Positions 27,803 to 38,418 are shown, counted from the first letter of the stretch. The stretch is 64,000 bases of DNA from an uncultured delta proteobacterium (GCA_963794325.1 CAWCDG010000002.1:352001-416000), one strand, 5' to 3'. A program made the numbers and translations. The notes: generated by a model from the sequence alone, not told the origin.

Positions 27803-28559
27803 GTGAGCCCATTCGAAGTCGGTTAGTATCGTACTGGCGAGCGTCTTCGGAGGCGCGCTACTCGGGATGGCTATTCACAGGATGCTGCCGGAGCCGCATC
27901 TGAGCGCGGAATCCAAAGATGTAATCAAGCTTGGGATGGGACTGATTGCCACAATGTCGGCTCTGGTCCTGGCGCTGCTGACTAACTCGGCGAAAGGTTC
28001 TTATGATGCGCAGCGAAACGAAGTCACCCAAGCCGCCGCTAACATCATCCTGGTCGATCGCGTGCTGGCTCATTACGGACCAGAGACGAAAGAGGCTCGC
28101 GATCTTCTCAAGCTCTCCGTTGCGGGAATGATCGATCGAATTTGGCCTAACGACGCTGTCGGAAATGCGAAGTTGGGGCCTACGACCGCCGGTGGTGAAT
28201 TATTCTTCGACAAGATCCAGGAACTCACGCCTCGTAACGAAATGCAGCACTCGCTTCAGGCCCAAGCCATTAGTTTGAGCATTGCGGTTGGACAGGCGCG
28301 CTTGATGCTCTTCGAGCAGGGTGTCCGATCGATCCCGATGCCGTTTCTGGTGCTGCTGATCTTCTGGGTGACCGTTATTTTTCTAAGCTTCGGACTTTTC
28401 GCGCCGCACAATGCGACGGTTATCGTAACTCTATTCCTGTGCGCGCTTTCTGTTTCGGGTGCGATCTTCTTGATAATGGAATTGGACCGCCCCTTCGGCG
28501 GGGTAATTCAGATTTCCAGCGCCCCGCTGCGTAACGCCCTGATGAATATCGGCAAGTAG
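27803..28559 (+). pseudogene. DUF4239/bestrophin-like membrane protein with a +1 frameshift near 27823
   Basis: GGAGG RBS then GTG AGC CCA TTC GAA GTC GGT TAG. Removing one T gives VSPFEVGSIVLASVFGGALLGM, in frame with ORF 27867..28559 (ELDRPFGG motif). Confidence 0.7.
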
Positions 28560-28784
28560 CCTTTTTTGTGCGGATGTCGCGCCGACGGCGCTTTAGCATC
28601 GGCACAAAACCGCCACGCCGCCTGAATCTCGCCCGCCAAAATCTTGTCGTTCAGGTCGCTGCGCGCGATTCTCTGCGCTATAGGTCTTTTCCTTTGCTTG
28701 CTTCAACAATGGCACTTGGCACATATCCCGAGCGGCATTCTTCTTGCTCATCTACCTGTCGCAACTGCGAGGTAGAACCAATCC

Positions 28785-29891
28785 ATGGGAATCAGTGCTC
28801 TTAAGAAAAATCCGGGACTGGCGTGTCTTGCTATCCTTGCGCTTTCGTTTTTCTTTGCAAAGGTGACGCAGGCATGCACCGGCATCAGGCTTATAGCCGC
28901 CGACGGGACTGTGGTTTATGCGCGCACGCTCGAATTCAATGTTGACCTGGATTCCGATGTGCTCGTGGTGCCGCGAGGTTACGCCCGGAGCGGTACGACG
29001 CCGGATGGCGAGAATGGGCTTAAGTGGAACTCAAAGTACGCCTCGGTCGGCGCCAATGGCGTGGGCCTTCCACTCTTGTTCGACGGCGTGAACGAAAAAG
29101 GCCTGGCTGCGGGGTTGTTCTACTTCCCCACAACCGCGGGCTACTTGAAGTACAACAGCGCGCAAGCCTACCGGACGATCGCGCCATGGGAGGTTGGTTC
29201 GTGGATCCTGGAGAATTTCGCGACGGTCGATGAGGTCAAGCAGAACATTGGAAGCGTGACCGTTGCTGAGGTCATGTTCAAGCAATGGGGCTTCGTGCCG
29301 CCGGTCCACTATGTGGTTCACGATGCCTCGGGCAAGAGCATCGTGATCGAATACGTCGAGGGAAAACTGCATGTCTACGATAACGTGATTGGAGTGATGA
29401 CCAATTCGCCGGCGTTCGACTGGCATATGACAAATCTCCGCAACTACTTGAACTTCTCAATTGTGAACAAGCCGCCCTTGGAAATTGGCGGCGTCAGGCT
29501 GACCGCGCTGGGCCAAGGCACCGGGATGCTCGGGATGCCGGGCGACTTTACTCCGCCATCGCGGTTTGTCCGCGCGGTCGCCTACAGCACGTCGGTGGTG
29601 CCATCCGCGACCGGTGAAGAAGAGGTGCTCGAGGCATTTCACATTCTGAACAACTTCGACATTCCTGAAGGCGCGGCGCGTGAGAAACACAAGGACGCGC
29701 ACGGGAACATCATCTCGGATCACACCATTTGGACGAGCGCTTCCGATCTGAAAGCGAAGCGCTACTACTTCCGGACCTACGAGAACAGCGAGATTCGTTC
29801 GGTGGACCTGATGAAGATGCCGCTCGATGCCAAAACCATCACGAGCATTCCCATGAAAGGCCCGGAGATCATCAGGTCTCTGAACCCTTAG
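28785..29891 (+). CDS. Choloylglycine hydrolase / penicillin V acylase family Ntn-hydrolase (exported)
   Basis: Signal peptide followed by catalytic Cys 'CTG...YARTLEF'; DGVNEKGL, TNSP, PGDFTPPSRFVR. Confidence 0.9.
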   Translation: MGISALKKNPGLACLAILALSFFFAKVTQACTGIRLIAADGTVVYARTLEFNVDLDSDVLVVPRGYARSGTTPDGENGLKWNSKYASVGANGVGLPLLFDGVNEKGLAAGLFYFPTTAGYLKYNSAQAYRTIAPWEVGSWILENFATVDEVKQNIGSVTVAEVMFKQWGFVPPVHYVVHDASGKSIVIEYVEGKLHVYDNVIGVMTNSPAFDWHMTNLRNYLNFSIVNKPPLEIGGVRLTALGQGTGMLGMPGDFTPPSRFVRAVAYSTSVVPSATGEEEVLEAFHILNNFDIPEGAAREKHKDAHGNIISDHTIWTSASDLKAKRYYFRTYENSEIRSVDLMKMPLDAKTITSIPMKGPEIIRSLNP

Positions 29892-30170
29892 CGTGCCTGC
29901 CAGACCTACGCCGACCAGCCCCATCTGCCAGGAACCGCATACTATTCGGGACGGACCCGAATCCTCCGTCATCAGCTGAAGTCGAGATCCCTTTTTGGAA
30001 GCGCCTGGGGGACGTTCTTGCGAGCCTTCTGACTAATTACAAAAAGAGTCTTGCAAATACTTGCTTTGGCACGCTATGGTGCGCGTACTTCTCCATATGT
30101 TCCGCCGTTGTGGGAGGGATTCTGGTCCAAGGCGGGAGTTCAATTTGCTGTGCGTGGTTCGGGAGGGACG

Positions 30171-31304
30171 ATGTCTGTTCGGGGGACGGGAAGTCTTCAA
30201 CAATCGCGGAAAACAAATCTCTGGATGATGGTGCTGGTTGCAGCCTTGGCGTTCAGCGTCGGGGCGTGCAATGGCGGATCGAGCAGCGGCGGTGGACCCG
30301 TACCGTCAATGCAACCGGGGCTTTGGGTGCCCAATTTTTTTGGCTACAACCTAATCGAGATCGAGCCCGGACAGCGTACGCAGAGCGGCACGCCCAGTGC
30401 GGCTCTGACGAATAACAGCGATTTTATAGATCAGCCCGAGGAAGCGCTCTTCGACCAAAAAGGCAATCTCTGGGTGAGCAATTGCTCCGATCTGCAACTC
30501 GGCGCCGGGACGATCACAGAGTTCACCCATAATCAGCTCGAGAATTTGCCTAAAGATTCCAGTCCTACTCCGAATGTGATTCTGATGGACGACGGAACTT
30601 TCAGCATTTTCGGTTGTCCATACGGCATCGCATTCGGGGTTGACGGCAGTCTCTGGGCATCCAATCGTTTTTCGGCCAATCTGATCAACTTCACGCCAAG
30701 CCAGTTGAACGTTGGCGGAGCGCAGTTCCCGAACACGGAAATCGTGTCGACCAGTTTCGGCAATCTCGAGGGAATTCAGTTCGATAGCGCCGGTACGCTA
30801 TGGGTCGCTGACGTGGCTCAGTCTGAAATGTTTGGATTCAAGGCCGCTACCCTCGCAGCTGCCGATGGTACGATTGCCGACCTTGCTCCCGACATCGTTA
30901 ATTCGTCGCCCGCGCTTAACGGCCCCACTGACGTGCTCGTTGACAAATCGGGCAATCAATGGGTTACAAATTGTCTCGGCGACACGGTCGCGGAGTTTGC
31001 CGCCTCCGACGTAGCCGCTAGCGGCAGCCCGACCCCAATCGTGGTGCTAAGCGCAACCACCGTCAGCACTCCTCCGGGCAACTCTTTCAGCCTTGATTGT
31101 CCGCAAGGGTTGTCATTCGATAGGAGCGGGAACTTGTGGGTGAGTAACGCTCTAAGCGACAACCAAGGTAGCATCGTCGAGTTCACTTCTTCTCAAATAA
31201 CCGAGAGTGGCTCTCCGGCGCCGAGCATCTTCCTGAACTCGAATCCGGCTGGAACAAACTTGAACCAGCCCGCGTTGTTCACCTTTGGTCCGAATATCAG
31301 GTAG
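30171..31304 (+). CDS. Beta-propeller (NHL/Vgb-like) lipoprotein
   Basis: Lipobox VGAC; five repeats of type 'FDxxGNLWVSN'. Confidence 0.72.
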   Translation: MSVRGTGSLQQSRKTNLWMMVLVAALAFSVGACNGGSSSGGGPVPSMQPGLWVPNFFGYNLIEIEPGQRTQSGTPSAALTNNSDFIDQPEEALFDQKGNLWVSNCSDLQLGAGTITEFTHNQLENLPKDSSPTPNVILMDDGTFSIFGCPYGIAFGVDGSLWASNRFSANLINFTPSQLNVGGAQFPNTEIVSTSFGNLEGIQFDSAGTLWVADVAQSEMFGFKAATLAAADGTIADLAPDIVNSSPALNGPTDVLVDKSGNQWVTNCLGDTVAEFAASDVAASGSPTPIVVLSATTVSTPPGNSFSLDCPQGLSFDRSGNLWVSNALSDNQGSIVEFTSSQITESGSPAPSIFLNSNPAGTNLNQPALFTFGPNIR

Positions 31305-31397
31305 CAGAGAACCTTTTGCATAGATGAGCCGAGCTTCAACACGACGAGTCAGGGCTCTTATTGAGCGACCGGCGTTTTTTTGGTGGAGGAAATTAGT

Positions 31398-34300
31398 GTG
31401 CGTTTGTATAATTCGATGAAAAGGCATCGCATAAGAAACGTGGTCCTGATGCTGGTGGTCGGGTTTTTGTTCGCGGCATTGTTGCGCGGCGATCGCCCGT
31501 CGGATGCCAAGACGTTCGCGGTAATGCCTCACGTTAAAGAGAGCAAAGGGGAAATAACTTGCAGCGGAGGATCGCTGACGCCCCACATGATGGCGACGCC
31601 GGTGAAGGATCTCGATGTCACCGGCGCATGCACAGTTGCCGCGGGCACCTATGTGTTCAAGAACGTTCTCATTTACGGCAGCGCCGACGGCAAGGCCAAA
31701 GGATCGCTTGCCTTTGCGGACGCGCCTATCGACTTCTGGGCCGAGTCTATACTGATAGAAAATAACGGAACCCTCACTGCCGGCGTGGCGCCTGATGGTG
31801 TGACGATCTCTCCGGTCGGCACCAACCCGGGCGGGAAAATCACGATCCACCTGTATGGTGCGCAGCAGTCCAGCAAGGAACATGCGGTAGGTGTGCCGTG
31901 CCATGACAAGACATGTGGAATCCCACCAGCCCTGTTCGAATCGAACATGATGAAAACCCTCAATCCGACGACCTGCGTAGCAGCTTCGGCAAAAGGCGGT
32001 ACGCTCCCTAACGACGACTGCTTCTACATGTACGATTCGATGCCTTATGACGACGGCGGAAATGTGCCGGCCTATTACGGCTACAAAGTCCTGGGTATAG
32101 GTTACGGCGGCACCCTGAGGCTCTACGGGAAAGAAGGCGCAACCTATCCCGATACCACAATCGATCCAAAGAATAGCGGCACCAGTTGGGTGCGCTTGAA
32201 CAACTGTGCGACAGGAACCTCGGATCCCAAGTGTAAGGACGGCGTCCTGCAGCCCGGCGCCACAACTCTAACTCTGTCAGGTGCGGTCGATTGGAAAATG
32301 GGCGACAAGTTTGTCGTTACGACGACCGATTACCTGACTTCGCACACCGAGCAGTTTACGCTCTCGGCCGACGCGAACGGCAACACGCTTACTATCGCGT
32401 CACCCGGGCTCGCGTTTCCGCATCACGCATCCGCGATCGATCTGACGTCGCGGATTCCGGCTGGCCGGAATTTTACCGACCTTACGTCCGTGGATACGCG
32501 CGCAGCAGTGGGGCTTTTGACGCGAAATATCACCATCGTGTCCGGCGGCGACAAGCCGATGACGGATCTTCCCAGTCCTCAAGTACCACCGGTTGCTGAT
32601 CCGAAGGTCTATTTCGGCGGGCACGTGGTCTTCAGGCAGGGGTTCAAGCAACTTCAGATTCAAGGAGTTGAATTTAATCAACTGGGAGAAGGCGGCAGGA
32701 TAGGGCACTATCCAGTGCACTTTCATATGGCGCGCCAGGTCCCGCCCGATACCTTTATTAAGGACAGCTCGATCTGGGACTCGATGACGCGATGGGTCGT
32801 CCTTCATGCTACCCAGGGCGTCCTGCTTGCTCGCAACGTCGGCTACCGGTCGATAGGAATGGGCTACTATCTCGAGGACGGGACCGAGATCAACAACAAG
32901 CTCTACGCAAATCTGGGAGTCTCAGCAATTTCGGCGGTCGACGACAAGGCCAATACCCGCCTGGTTCCCGGGATACTTGCTTCGTACAGGGATCCGGACG
33001 GAAAGGCCTATCCTCCCAACACCGAAAACACGCCTTACGATTCCGACTATGAGCACCCATCCTTGTTCTGGATCATGAATGGCTGGAACGATTTCGAGTA
33101 CAACATGGCAGTTGGCGCCGAAATGTGCGGCAACTGCTATTGGATGCCGCCCGCTGCCAACAGCGGCAAATCACGAGACATGAACTGGAAGGGTTACGCG
33201 TCCCTGCAGCAGAATTTCGATCACCAGGGCACCGCGCCGCTGCAGGAGTTTCTCGGCAATACCTGTTCGACCGCGATGATGGCTTTTCATATCAACGGCA
33301 ACACCAGCTATTGCGCAGGTATAAATACCCAGTTCAGTGATGCAGAAGCTGGCAAACAGTTCCATTCGATTAAGAACGATCTTCTGCCGTTGCCGAAGGG
33401 CAAAAAGGCGGAGGCTGGCAAGCCAATGGGAATTGATCCGGCGAATGAAACCTTCTATCCGCGGGTGAACGCCGGCGGAAATCGTCAGCCGACGAAATGC
33501 GACAACCTTAGCGGCGATTGCAGCACTACACAGACCTGCGCTAGCGGTCATCTGGCTAACTGTATGGTGATGGTGCTGGATCGCTTTACAACTTCCTTTA
33601 ACTTTGCCGAGGAGAATTTCGCCGCCATATGGCTTCGTCCGCAATTTAATCTCGTTCTCAACAGTGCGATGACCGACGTGCTTAACGGCGGTCTTACCTT
33701 CGTGACCGGGGGCGGCTATACGCGAGCCGATGCGCTGCCCGGGATTTGGGACGTTGCGAGGAAAAGCGTTTTCATCGGCAACAGCCAGGATCCTGCTGCC
33801 AATCCCTACGCGACCAATGCCGGCCCGGTGAATCCTGAGGGTGTCAAATGCGGCAACAAGCAGCCTGCCACGGGCTTCTGCGCACCGGTTGACGCCAACG
33901 GAAATGACCTGGGAGTTTCATTCTCGCGAGTGAGCTTCGGCGTGAATCAGCGATTCTTCAACATTTACGATGGCCCTGCGCTCGAGGACTCGAACGCCTT
34001 CCTCGACATTACGGCGACTCAGATTACCGATTGTCTTCTTACCGGGGACATCGATTTCCGATGCTTCAACAGCAAATGGATGCAGGGAACGACCCTGGGT
34101 CTTCCGGGAATCTTTGCGGGTGCCGGCAAGCCGCCGAAGTCCTGCTATCTACCCAATGCTGCGATCGCATGGAAGCAGCCTAACGGCTTTTACTATCCGC
34201 CGTCCTTTCACTCGACCAACCTGTTTTTCAACGACGTCGAAATTCGGCACTACGTTGTTCTCCCTCGATTTCTGACTGGCAGCTATAAGACCGACGATCA

Positions 34301-35558
34301 AGCCACCAAGGAACGCTATTGCAATCGCCAGCCGCAGATGTTCAGTCCTGACTTTACTGACATCGATCGACAGACTGAGCTGAACGATGATGACGGTTCG
34401 CTGACTGGCCTGATTGGGACAGTCTCAGTCAACCAGGATGATTTCTTCCACGCACCCACCCAGGATACTGAGTGCGAATCCGACGTGCTCGCCAACACCG
34501 AAGGGACCGCAGTCACCAGCCCCTATGACTACGTCACCACTGTAGTGTATCCGGATTGCGCAAAAGTACCGTGGACGGGCCCAGGTGAGAAACCCAATCC
34601 AGGAGCTTGCAACGATGGCACTGATACTTGGAGTTACGACTGTGCCGATTCAGCGTGCTACGGCGTCCCGATGTATCGCCAGCTCCTGAATAACGGCGAA
34701 ACCACTGCGCCCTTTATCCGGCTTGCATCTCAAGCCACCGGCCAGCGCGAAACGATGAATCCCGACAATGGCGTTTACTACATCGATACGACTGTTGACC
34801 GCGGCACGCAGTCCACCACAGGGAATAAGTTCAGTATCTTTGAGAAGAACAAGACTTACCACGTATTTCTTCTCTTCGCCAAAGACACCACCAAAGAGAC
34901 TTACCAGATATTCGTAGGTAAGGGACTCGATAAGACGACTGTCGAAAATTCCGTCAACTTCGAGAAGGTGGATGTATCCAGTGCGGCGGCCAAGTTCAAT
35001 GTCCAGCCGAACTTCCCGACGGGATGGTCGAAGAGCTATCAGCCCAATGATGATCCCACGACCCACAAGGGTGGAGGGATTCTGACGGTTACGATAAATC
35101 TGTCCACGATGGGCGGCAGCGGTTATCAGGACGACGTTGATAAGTCGATTTTCAATCCTGACAACCCCACGCAGACGCGCTGCCAGCCGTCAACGATGTG
35201 CGCGTGGAGCACCAAGAACTCAGACTGCGAGTGCAACATCAGCGACAATCAGAACGATCCGTTGGGATTGTTCTATCTGCGCGATGATTGCATGAAAGAC
35301 AACGGCACCGCGTTTTGCAAATGGGCGGTAAGCGATGTCGACTACCCCGACGCGGGTGCATATGGGTTTTCCTTCACTTTGGGAGATAGCTTTGTAACCG
35401 CCGCCACTCAGCCGGAGCGAGATGCGCTTCGACCAGATCCGTCCTGCTTCCCGAAAACCGATCCGCTTTGGAACCTCCCCTTTAATCCTGCGTCGAGTGA
35501 CGTCGCCGGTGCGTGCTTCTATGCCAGCGGGCCGCCGTCACCGATGTTCTGTCAGTAA
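31398..35558 (+). CDS. Large secreted G8-domain / parallel beta-helix protein (CEMIP/TMEM2/fibrocystin-like)
   Basis: G8-like 'ILIENNGTLTAG...ITIHLYG', 'RAAVGLLTRNI', 'FGGHV', 'GHYPVHFH', 'YYLEDGTE.NN'; Cys-rich. Confidence 0.75.
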   Translation: MRLYNSMKRHRIRNVVLMLVVGFLFAALLRGDRPSDAKTFAVMPHVKESKGEITCSGGSLTPHMMATPVKDLDVTGACTVAAGTYVFKNVLIYGSADGKAKGSLAFADAPIDFWAESILIENNGTLTAGVAPDGVTISPVGTNPGGKITIHLYGAQQSSKEHAVGVPCHDKTCGIPPALFESNMMKTLNPTTCVAASAKGGTLPNDDCFYMYDSMPYDDGGNVPAYYGYKVLGIGYGGTLRLYGKEGATYPDTTIDPKNSGTSWVRLNNCATGTSDPKCKDGVLQPGATTLTLSGAVDWKMGDKFVVTTTDYLTSHTEQFTLSADANGNTLTIASPGLAFPHHASAIDLTSRIPAGRNFTDLTSVDTRAAVGLLTRNITIVSGGDKPMTDLPSPQVPPVADPKVYFGGHVVFRQGFKQLQIQGVEFNQLGEGGRIGHYPVHFHMARQVPPDTFIKDSSIWDSMTRWVVLHATQGVLLARNVGYRSIGMGYYLEDGTEINNKLYANLGVSAISAVDDKANTRLVPGILASYRDPDGKAYPPNTENTPYDSDYEHPSLFWIMNGWNDFEYNMAVGAEMCGNCYWMPPAANSGKSRDMNWKGYASLQQNFDHQGTAPLQEFLGNTCSTAMMAFHINGNTSYCAGINTQFSDAEAGKQFHSIKNDLLPLPKGKKAEAGKPMGIDPANETFYPRVNAGGNRQPTKCDNLSGDCSTTQTCASGHLANCMVMVLDRFTTSFNFAEENFAAIWLRPQFNLVLNSAMTDVLNGGLTFVTGGGYTRADALPGIWDVARKSVFIGNSQDPAANPYATNAGPVNPEGVKCGNKQPATGFCAPVDANGNDLGVSFSRVSFGVNQRFFNIYDGPALEDSNAFLDITATQITDCLLTGDIDFRCFNSKWMQGTTLGLPGIFAGAGKPPKSCYLPNAAIAWKQPNGFYYPPSFHSTNLFFNDVEIRHYVVLPRFLTGSYKTDDQATKERYCNRQPQMFSPDFTDIDRQTELNDDDGSLTGLIGTVSVNQDDFFHAPTQDTECESDVLANTEGTAVTSPYDYVTTVVYPDCAKVPWTGPGEKPNPGACNDGTDTWSYDCADSACYGVPMYRQLLNNGETTAPFIRLASQATGQRETMNPDNGVYYIDTTVDRGTQSTTGNKFSIFEKNKTYHVFLLFAKDTTKETYQIFVGKGLDKTTVENSVNFEKVDVSSAAAKFNVQPNFPTGWSKSYQPNDDPTTHKGGGILTVTINLSTMGGSGYQDDVDKSIFNPDNPTQTRCQPSTMCAWSTKNSDCECNISDNQNDPLGLFYLRDDCMKDNGTAFCKWAVSDVDYPDAGAYGFSFTLGDSFVTAATQPERDALRPDPSCFPKTDPLWNLPFNPASSDVAGACFYASGPPSPMFCQ

Positions 35559-35800
35559 GCGCGCGCGAGGACAACTGAGTAATACTAACTAAATAGTCAC
35601 TAGGCATTAGTCACTTACTAATTAGCGTGGCTAATTTGACATACTTCGACACACGAGGTAAACTTTCATTCGTCGGAATCGCAAAACGAATCGAGCCCGA
35701 CTTTGATCCAGCCTGACCTGTGGCCCTTCCTGCTCGCCTTTGACCACGCTCCGCTAGACCAACCCAAATCCTGAGATATCAAGGCTTGAGGGAGACCCTA

Positions 35801-36175
35801 ATGGGACGACCTCGTTTCCATCCGATCCGGAACACTCTGGCCGCGCTCAGCATCGTCGGAGCGATGCTCCTGACGTTTGCGCCACCATGTGCTGCAACCC
35901 CCTGGCAAAAATCATGGGGCGACTACGACAGTCAACAGCAATGGCATGACGCGAGTTGGTGGCTGCAGAACCGCCACGACTGGGTCGCTTCGCATCACCC
36001 GGAATGGACTGAGAGCTACGCCGCAGTCCGCGGCCAAATCGGCGACTCCGATCGATTCCACGGACGGCATTACGGCGATGGAGGCTCAGATCGAGTGAAT
36101 GCCTCAGCACTGAAGGCCGCTAGGAACGAAAGGGCGAAGGCGTATTCCGAAGGACAGAAATATGAAAACGACTAA
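35801..36175 (+). CDS. Small exported Trp/His-rich hypothetical protein
   Basis: GGAG RBS, signal peptide, 'WGDYDSQQQWHDASWWLQNRHDWVASHHPEW'. Confidence 0.55.
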   Translation: MGRPRFHPIRNTLAALSIVGAMLLTFAPPCAATPWQKSWGDYDSQQQWHDASWWLQNRHDWVASHHPEWTESYAAVRGQIGDSDRFHGRHYGDGGSDRVNASALKAARNERAKAYSEGQKYEND

Positions 36176-36527
36176 CTATGGAAAAATCGCAATGACGTTT
36201 GGTGGAATCCTGATAGCGACTTTGGCCGCAGGATGTTACGGCGGCGGCGGTTCGGGTTACTCGAACGGAGGCTACGGCTACAATAGCAGCTACAGCAGCT
36301 ATGGAAGCTCCTATCCTTATAGCGGCTACAACGGCGGATATTCGTATCCGCGAAGCTATGGAAGTTCGTACAACAGCGGCTATCAGAATGGAGTACGAGC
36401 AAGTGAGAATCGCGACCGCCGTGCAGATCGCGTCACCAACCAGCATGCAGTTGAAGTAAATCGGGATCGCACTGTGGCGCGTACTGACACGACGCATTCG
36501 AGAGGCGAGAGCACGGAGAGAAACTGA
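36162..36527 (+). CDS. Tyr/Gly/Ser-rich lipoprotein
   Basis: AAGGA RBS, lipobox AAGC, YGS-rich low-complexity region. Confidence 0.65.
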   Translation: MKTTNYGKIAMTFGGILIATLAAGCYGGGGSGYSNGGYGYNSSYSSYGSSYPYSGYNGGYSYPRSYGSSYNSGYQNGVRASENRDRRADRVTNQHAVEVNRDRTVARTDTTHSRGESTERN

Positions 36528-36538
36528 CCCGCCGCCTG

Positions 36539-37150
36539 CTATGCAGCTATGAAGCCAGCGACCAGCGCAATAGCCGCGCCTACATTGTCGGCCTCGGTGC
36601 GGCCGCTGCGTGCGCGCGGCTTGAAGGAGTGATCGCCATCTTCGAGCCATTCGACCCGCACTGCGGGCGATAGCTGGTAGGTGCGGACCTCTTCCGGAAG
36701 GCCAAAGTTGTCGCGCGTTCCCTGTAGGATCAACGTTGGGGTTCGGATCGTTTCGAGGTGTTTCGTTCGCGTCTTCTGAACCTTTCCTGGCGGATGAAAC
36801 GGATACCCAAGGCACACCACGCCGAGAACCCCCGCGTCGTCGGCGACCATACTCGCTATCCTGCCGCCCATCGATTTTCCGCCGATCACGAGTTGGTTAC
36901 CGCCAACCTCTTCGATTGCGTCGCGGAACGACTGCATCAGGATGCGTGCTGGATCCGGCGCGCCTCCTTTCCCGGTTTCCCGCCGCCGCTGCATGTAGGG
37001 AAATTCAAACCGGATCACCCTAACGCCGGACGCTGCAACTCCTTCGGCGACGCGCAGCATGAACGGCGAATCCATCGGCGCTCCCGCGCTATGCGCAAAC
37101 AAAAATGATTTCGCCGCCTTCTTGGGCCCATCGAAAAGCATCGCCGCCAT
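36539..37150 (-). CDS. Alpha/beta hydrolase (KANL3/Tex30-like)
   Basis: AHSAGAPMDS, GGKSMGGR nucleophile elbow, GYPFHPPG, QGTRD, GDHSF. Confidence 0.88.
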   Translation of the reverse strand: MAAMLFDGPKKAAKSFLFAHSAGAPMDSPFMLRVAEGVAASGVRVIRFEFPYMQRRRETGKGGAPDPARILMQSFRDAIEEVGGNQLVIGGKSMGGRIASMVADDAGVLGVVCLGYPFHPPGKVQKTRTKHLETIRTPTLILQGTRDNFGLPEEVRTYQLSPAVRVEWLEDGDHSFKPRARSGRTEADNVGAAIALVAGFIAA

Positions 37151-37274
37151 GACGTTCGATCATCGAATGGTCGTAGCGTCAGTGCAACCTCATACTGCGG
37201 CGGAGGGAGCGAAGCCCAAAAAAAGGCGATTCGCTTCCTCCTCCGCCCCTTCTTCTGCGCAGTAGCCCGCCTTG

Positions 37275-37952
37275 CTACGAGGCGTGCGCGGATGCCGGCT
37301 GACTCGACGCTCTCAACGGCGCGGTCGCTTCGGAAAACTCAGCCAGGTAGCGCGCAACGCTCGGCCGGCTGTTCATTCGCGATAACCATTTCGCGACATT
37401 GCCAAACTCTGGCGACGGTGCGCCTTCCATCAACGATGCGATGTTGATTGGCGAGAAGCAGGAGATATCGGCGACGCTGAACTCACCGCACAGGTACTCG
37501 TTCTTGCCCAGCTCGCGATCGAGCCGCTGATACTGGCGCGCAAGCTCGGCCTTCGTCTGCGCGACTGCCGCCGCGTCTCGCGTCGATGCGTCGGGCTTCA
37601 GCAGCACCTCGCGCACCAGCACTCCAAGATTGGGCGCAAGCAGCATATCGCCGAGATCTTCGAGTATCCTGCATCGCGCGCGCTCAGCCGCACCGGTCGG
37701 AAACAGCGCCGGCTTCGGAAAGCGCTCGTCGAGGTATTCGAGAATGATCGTCGAGTCGGGAATCACAGCGTCGCCATCGACCAGCACCGGAATCTGCAGC
37801 TTCGGATTAAGCCGCGGCAACTCCTCAGGCTTGATCCATCCGGTGGCCGGCGTCCAGTTGACCAGCCGGGTTTCGTGCGCGATCGCTTTTTCGAACATCG
37901 CGATCCGCGGTTTGGCGCTGTAAACGCTCAGGGGAGAATAGTAGAGCTTCAT
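37275..37952 (-). CDS. Glutathione S-transferase family protein
   Basis: MKLYYSPLS, LNPKLQIPVLVDGD...DSTIILEYLDE, YLCGEFSVADI. Confidence 0.9.
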   Translation of the reverse strand: MKLYYSPLSVYSAKPRIAMFEKAIAHETRLVNWTPATGWIKPEELPRLNPKLQIPVLVDGDAVIPDSTIILEYLDERFPKPALFPTGAAERARCRILEDLGDMLLAPNLGVLVREVLLKPDASTRDAAAVAQTKAELARQYQRLDRELGKNEYLCGEFSVADISCFSPINIASLMEGAPSPEFGNVAKWLSRMNSRPSVARYLAEFSEATAPLRASSQPASAHAS

Positions 37953-37985
37953 CGTCGTCCTCCGTTCCATGCGAAATGTTTGAGA

Positions 37986-38399
37986 TCAGGCCGGTAGCAC
38001 CATCTGTGTTTGAGTGGTCACTGCCAGCAGCTTGCCGGTATCCGACGTCACCCGCGTCTGCCATACCATCGTGCGCCGCCCGCGATGTATCGCGACGCAC
38101 TCTGCTCGCACGGTCGTACCAACCATCGCTGGGCCAACGAAGTTGGTCTTCGATTCGATCGTCGTCGTCATCGCACCGTCGCGCAGGTTCAACGAGGTCG
38201 CACATCCTCCGAGCGTATCGGCCAGCGCCATCATCGCGCCGCCATGCAGTATCGCGGGCCGCGTGCACAGGTCTTCGCGAACCGTCATTTCCGCCGTCAC
38301 GCATTCCGGCGTCGCACTGACGAACCTGATTCCGAGCAGCTTGGCAAACGGCAGCATGTCGCGGTTGAGTTGTTCGATTGCGTCCATAACGGTCATCAT
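37986..38399 (-). CDS. PaaI family thioesterase
   Basis: LHGGAMMALADTLGG hotdog-fold motif. Confidence 0.9.
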   Translation of the reverse strand: MMTVMDAIEQLNRDMLPFAKLLGIRFVSATPECVTAEMTVREDLCTRPAILHGGAMMALADTLGGCATSLNLRDGAMTTTIESKTNFVGPAMVGTTVRAECVAIHRGRRTMVWQTRVTSDTGKLLAVTTQTQMVLPA

Positions 38400-38418
38400 G
38401 GGCTCAAGCTCCGGTGCG

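Noticed and set aside
35640-35790. Possible riboswitch or ncRNA in the long leader
   Set aside because: No Rfam-like consensus could be recognised by eye; an Infernal search would be needed.
37198-37246. Imperfect hairpin between the GST and hydrolase genes
   Set aside because: The stem is bulged with no clear U-tract; too weak to call a terminator or repeat.
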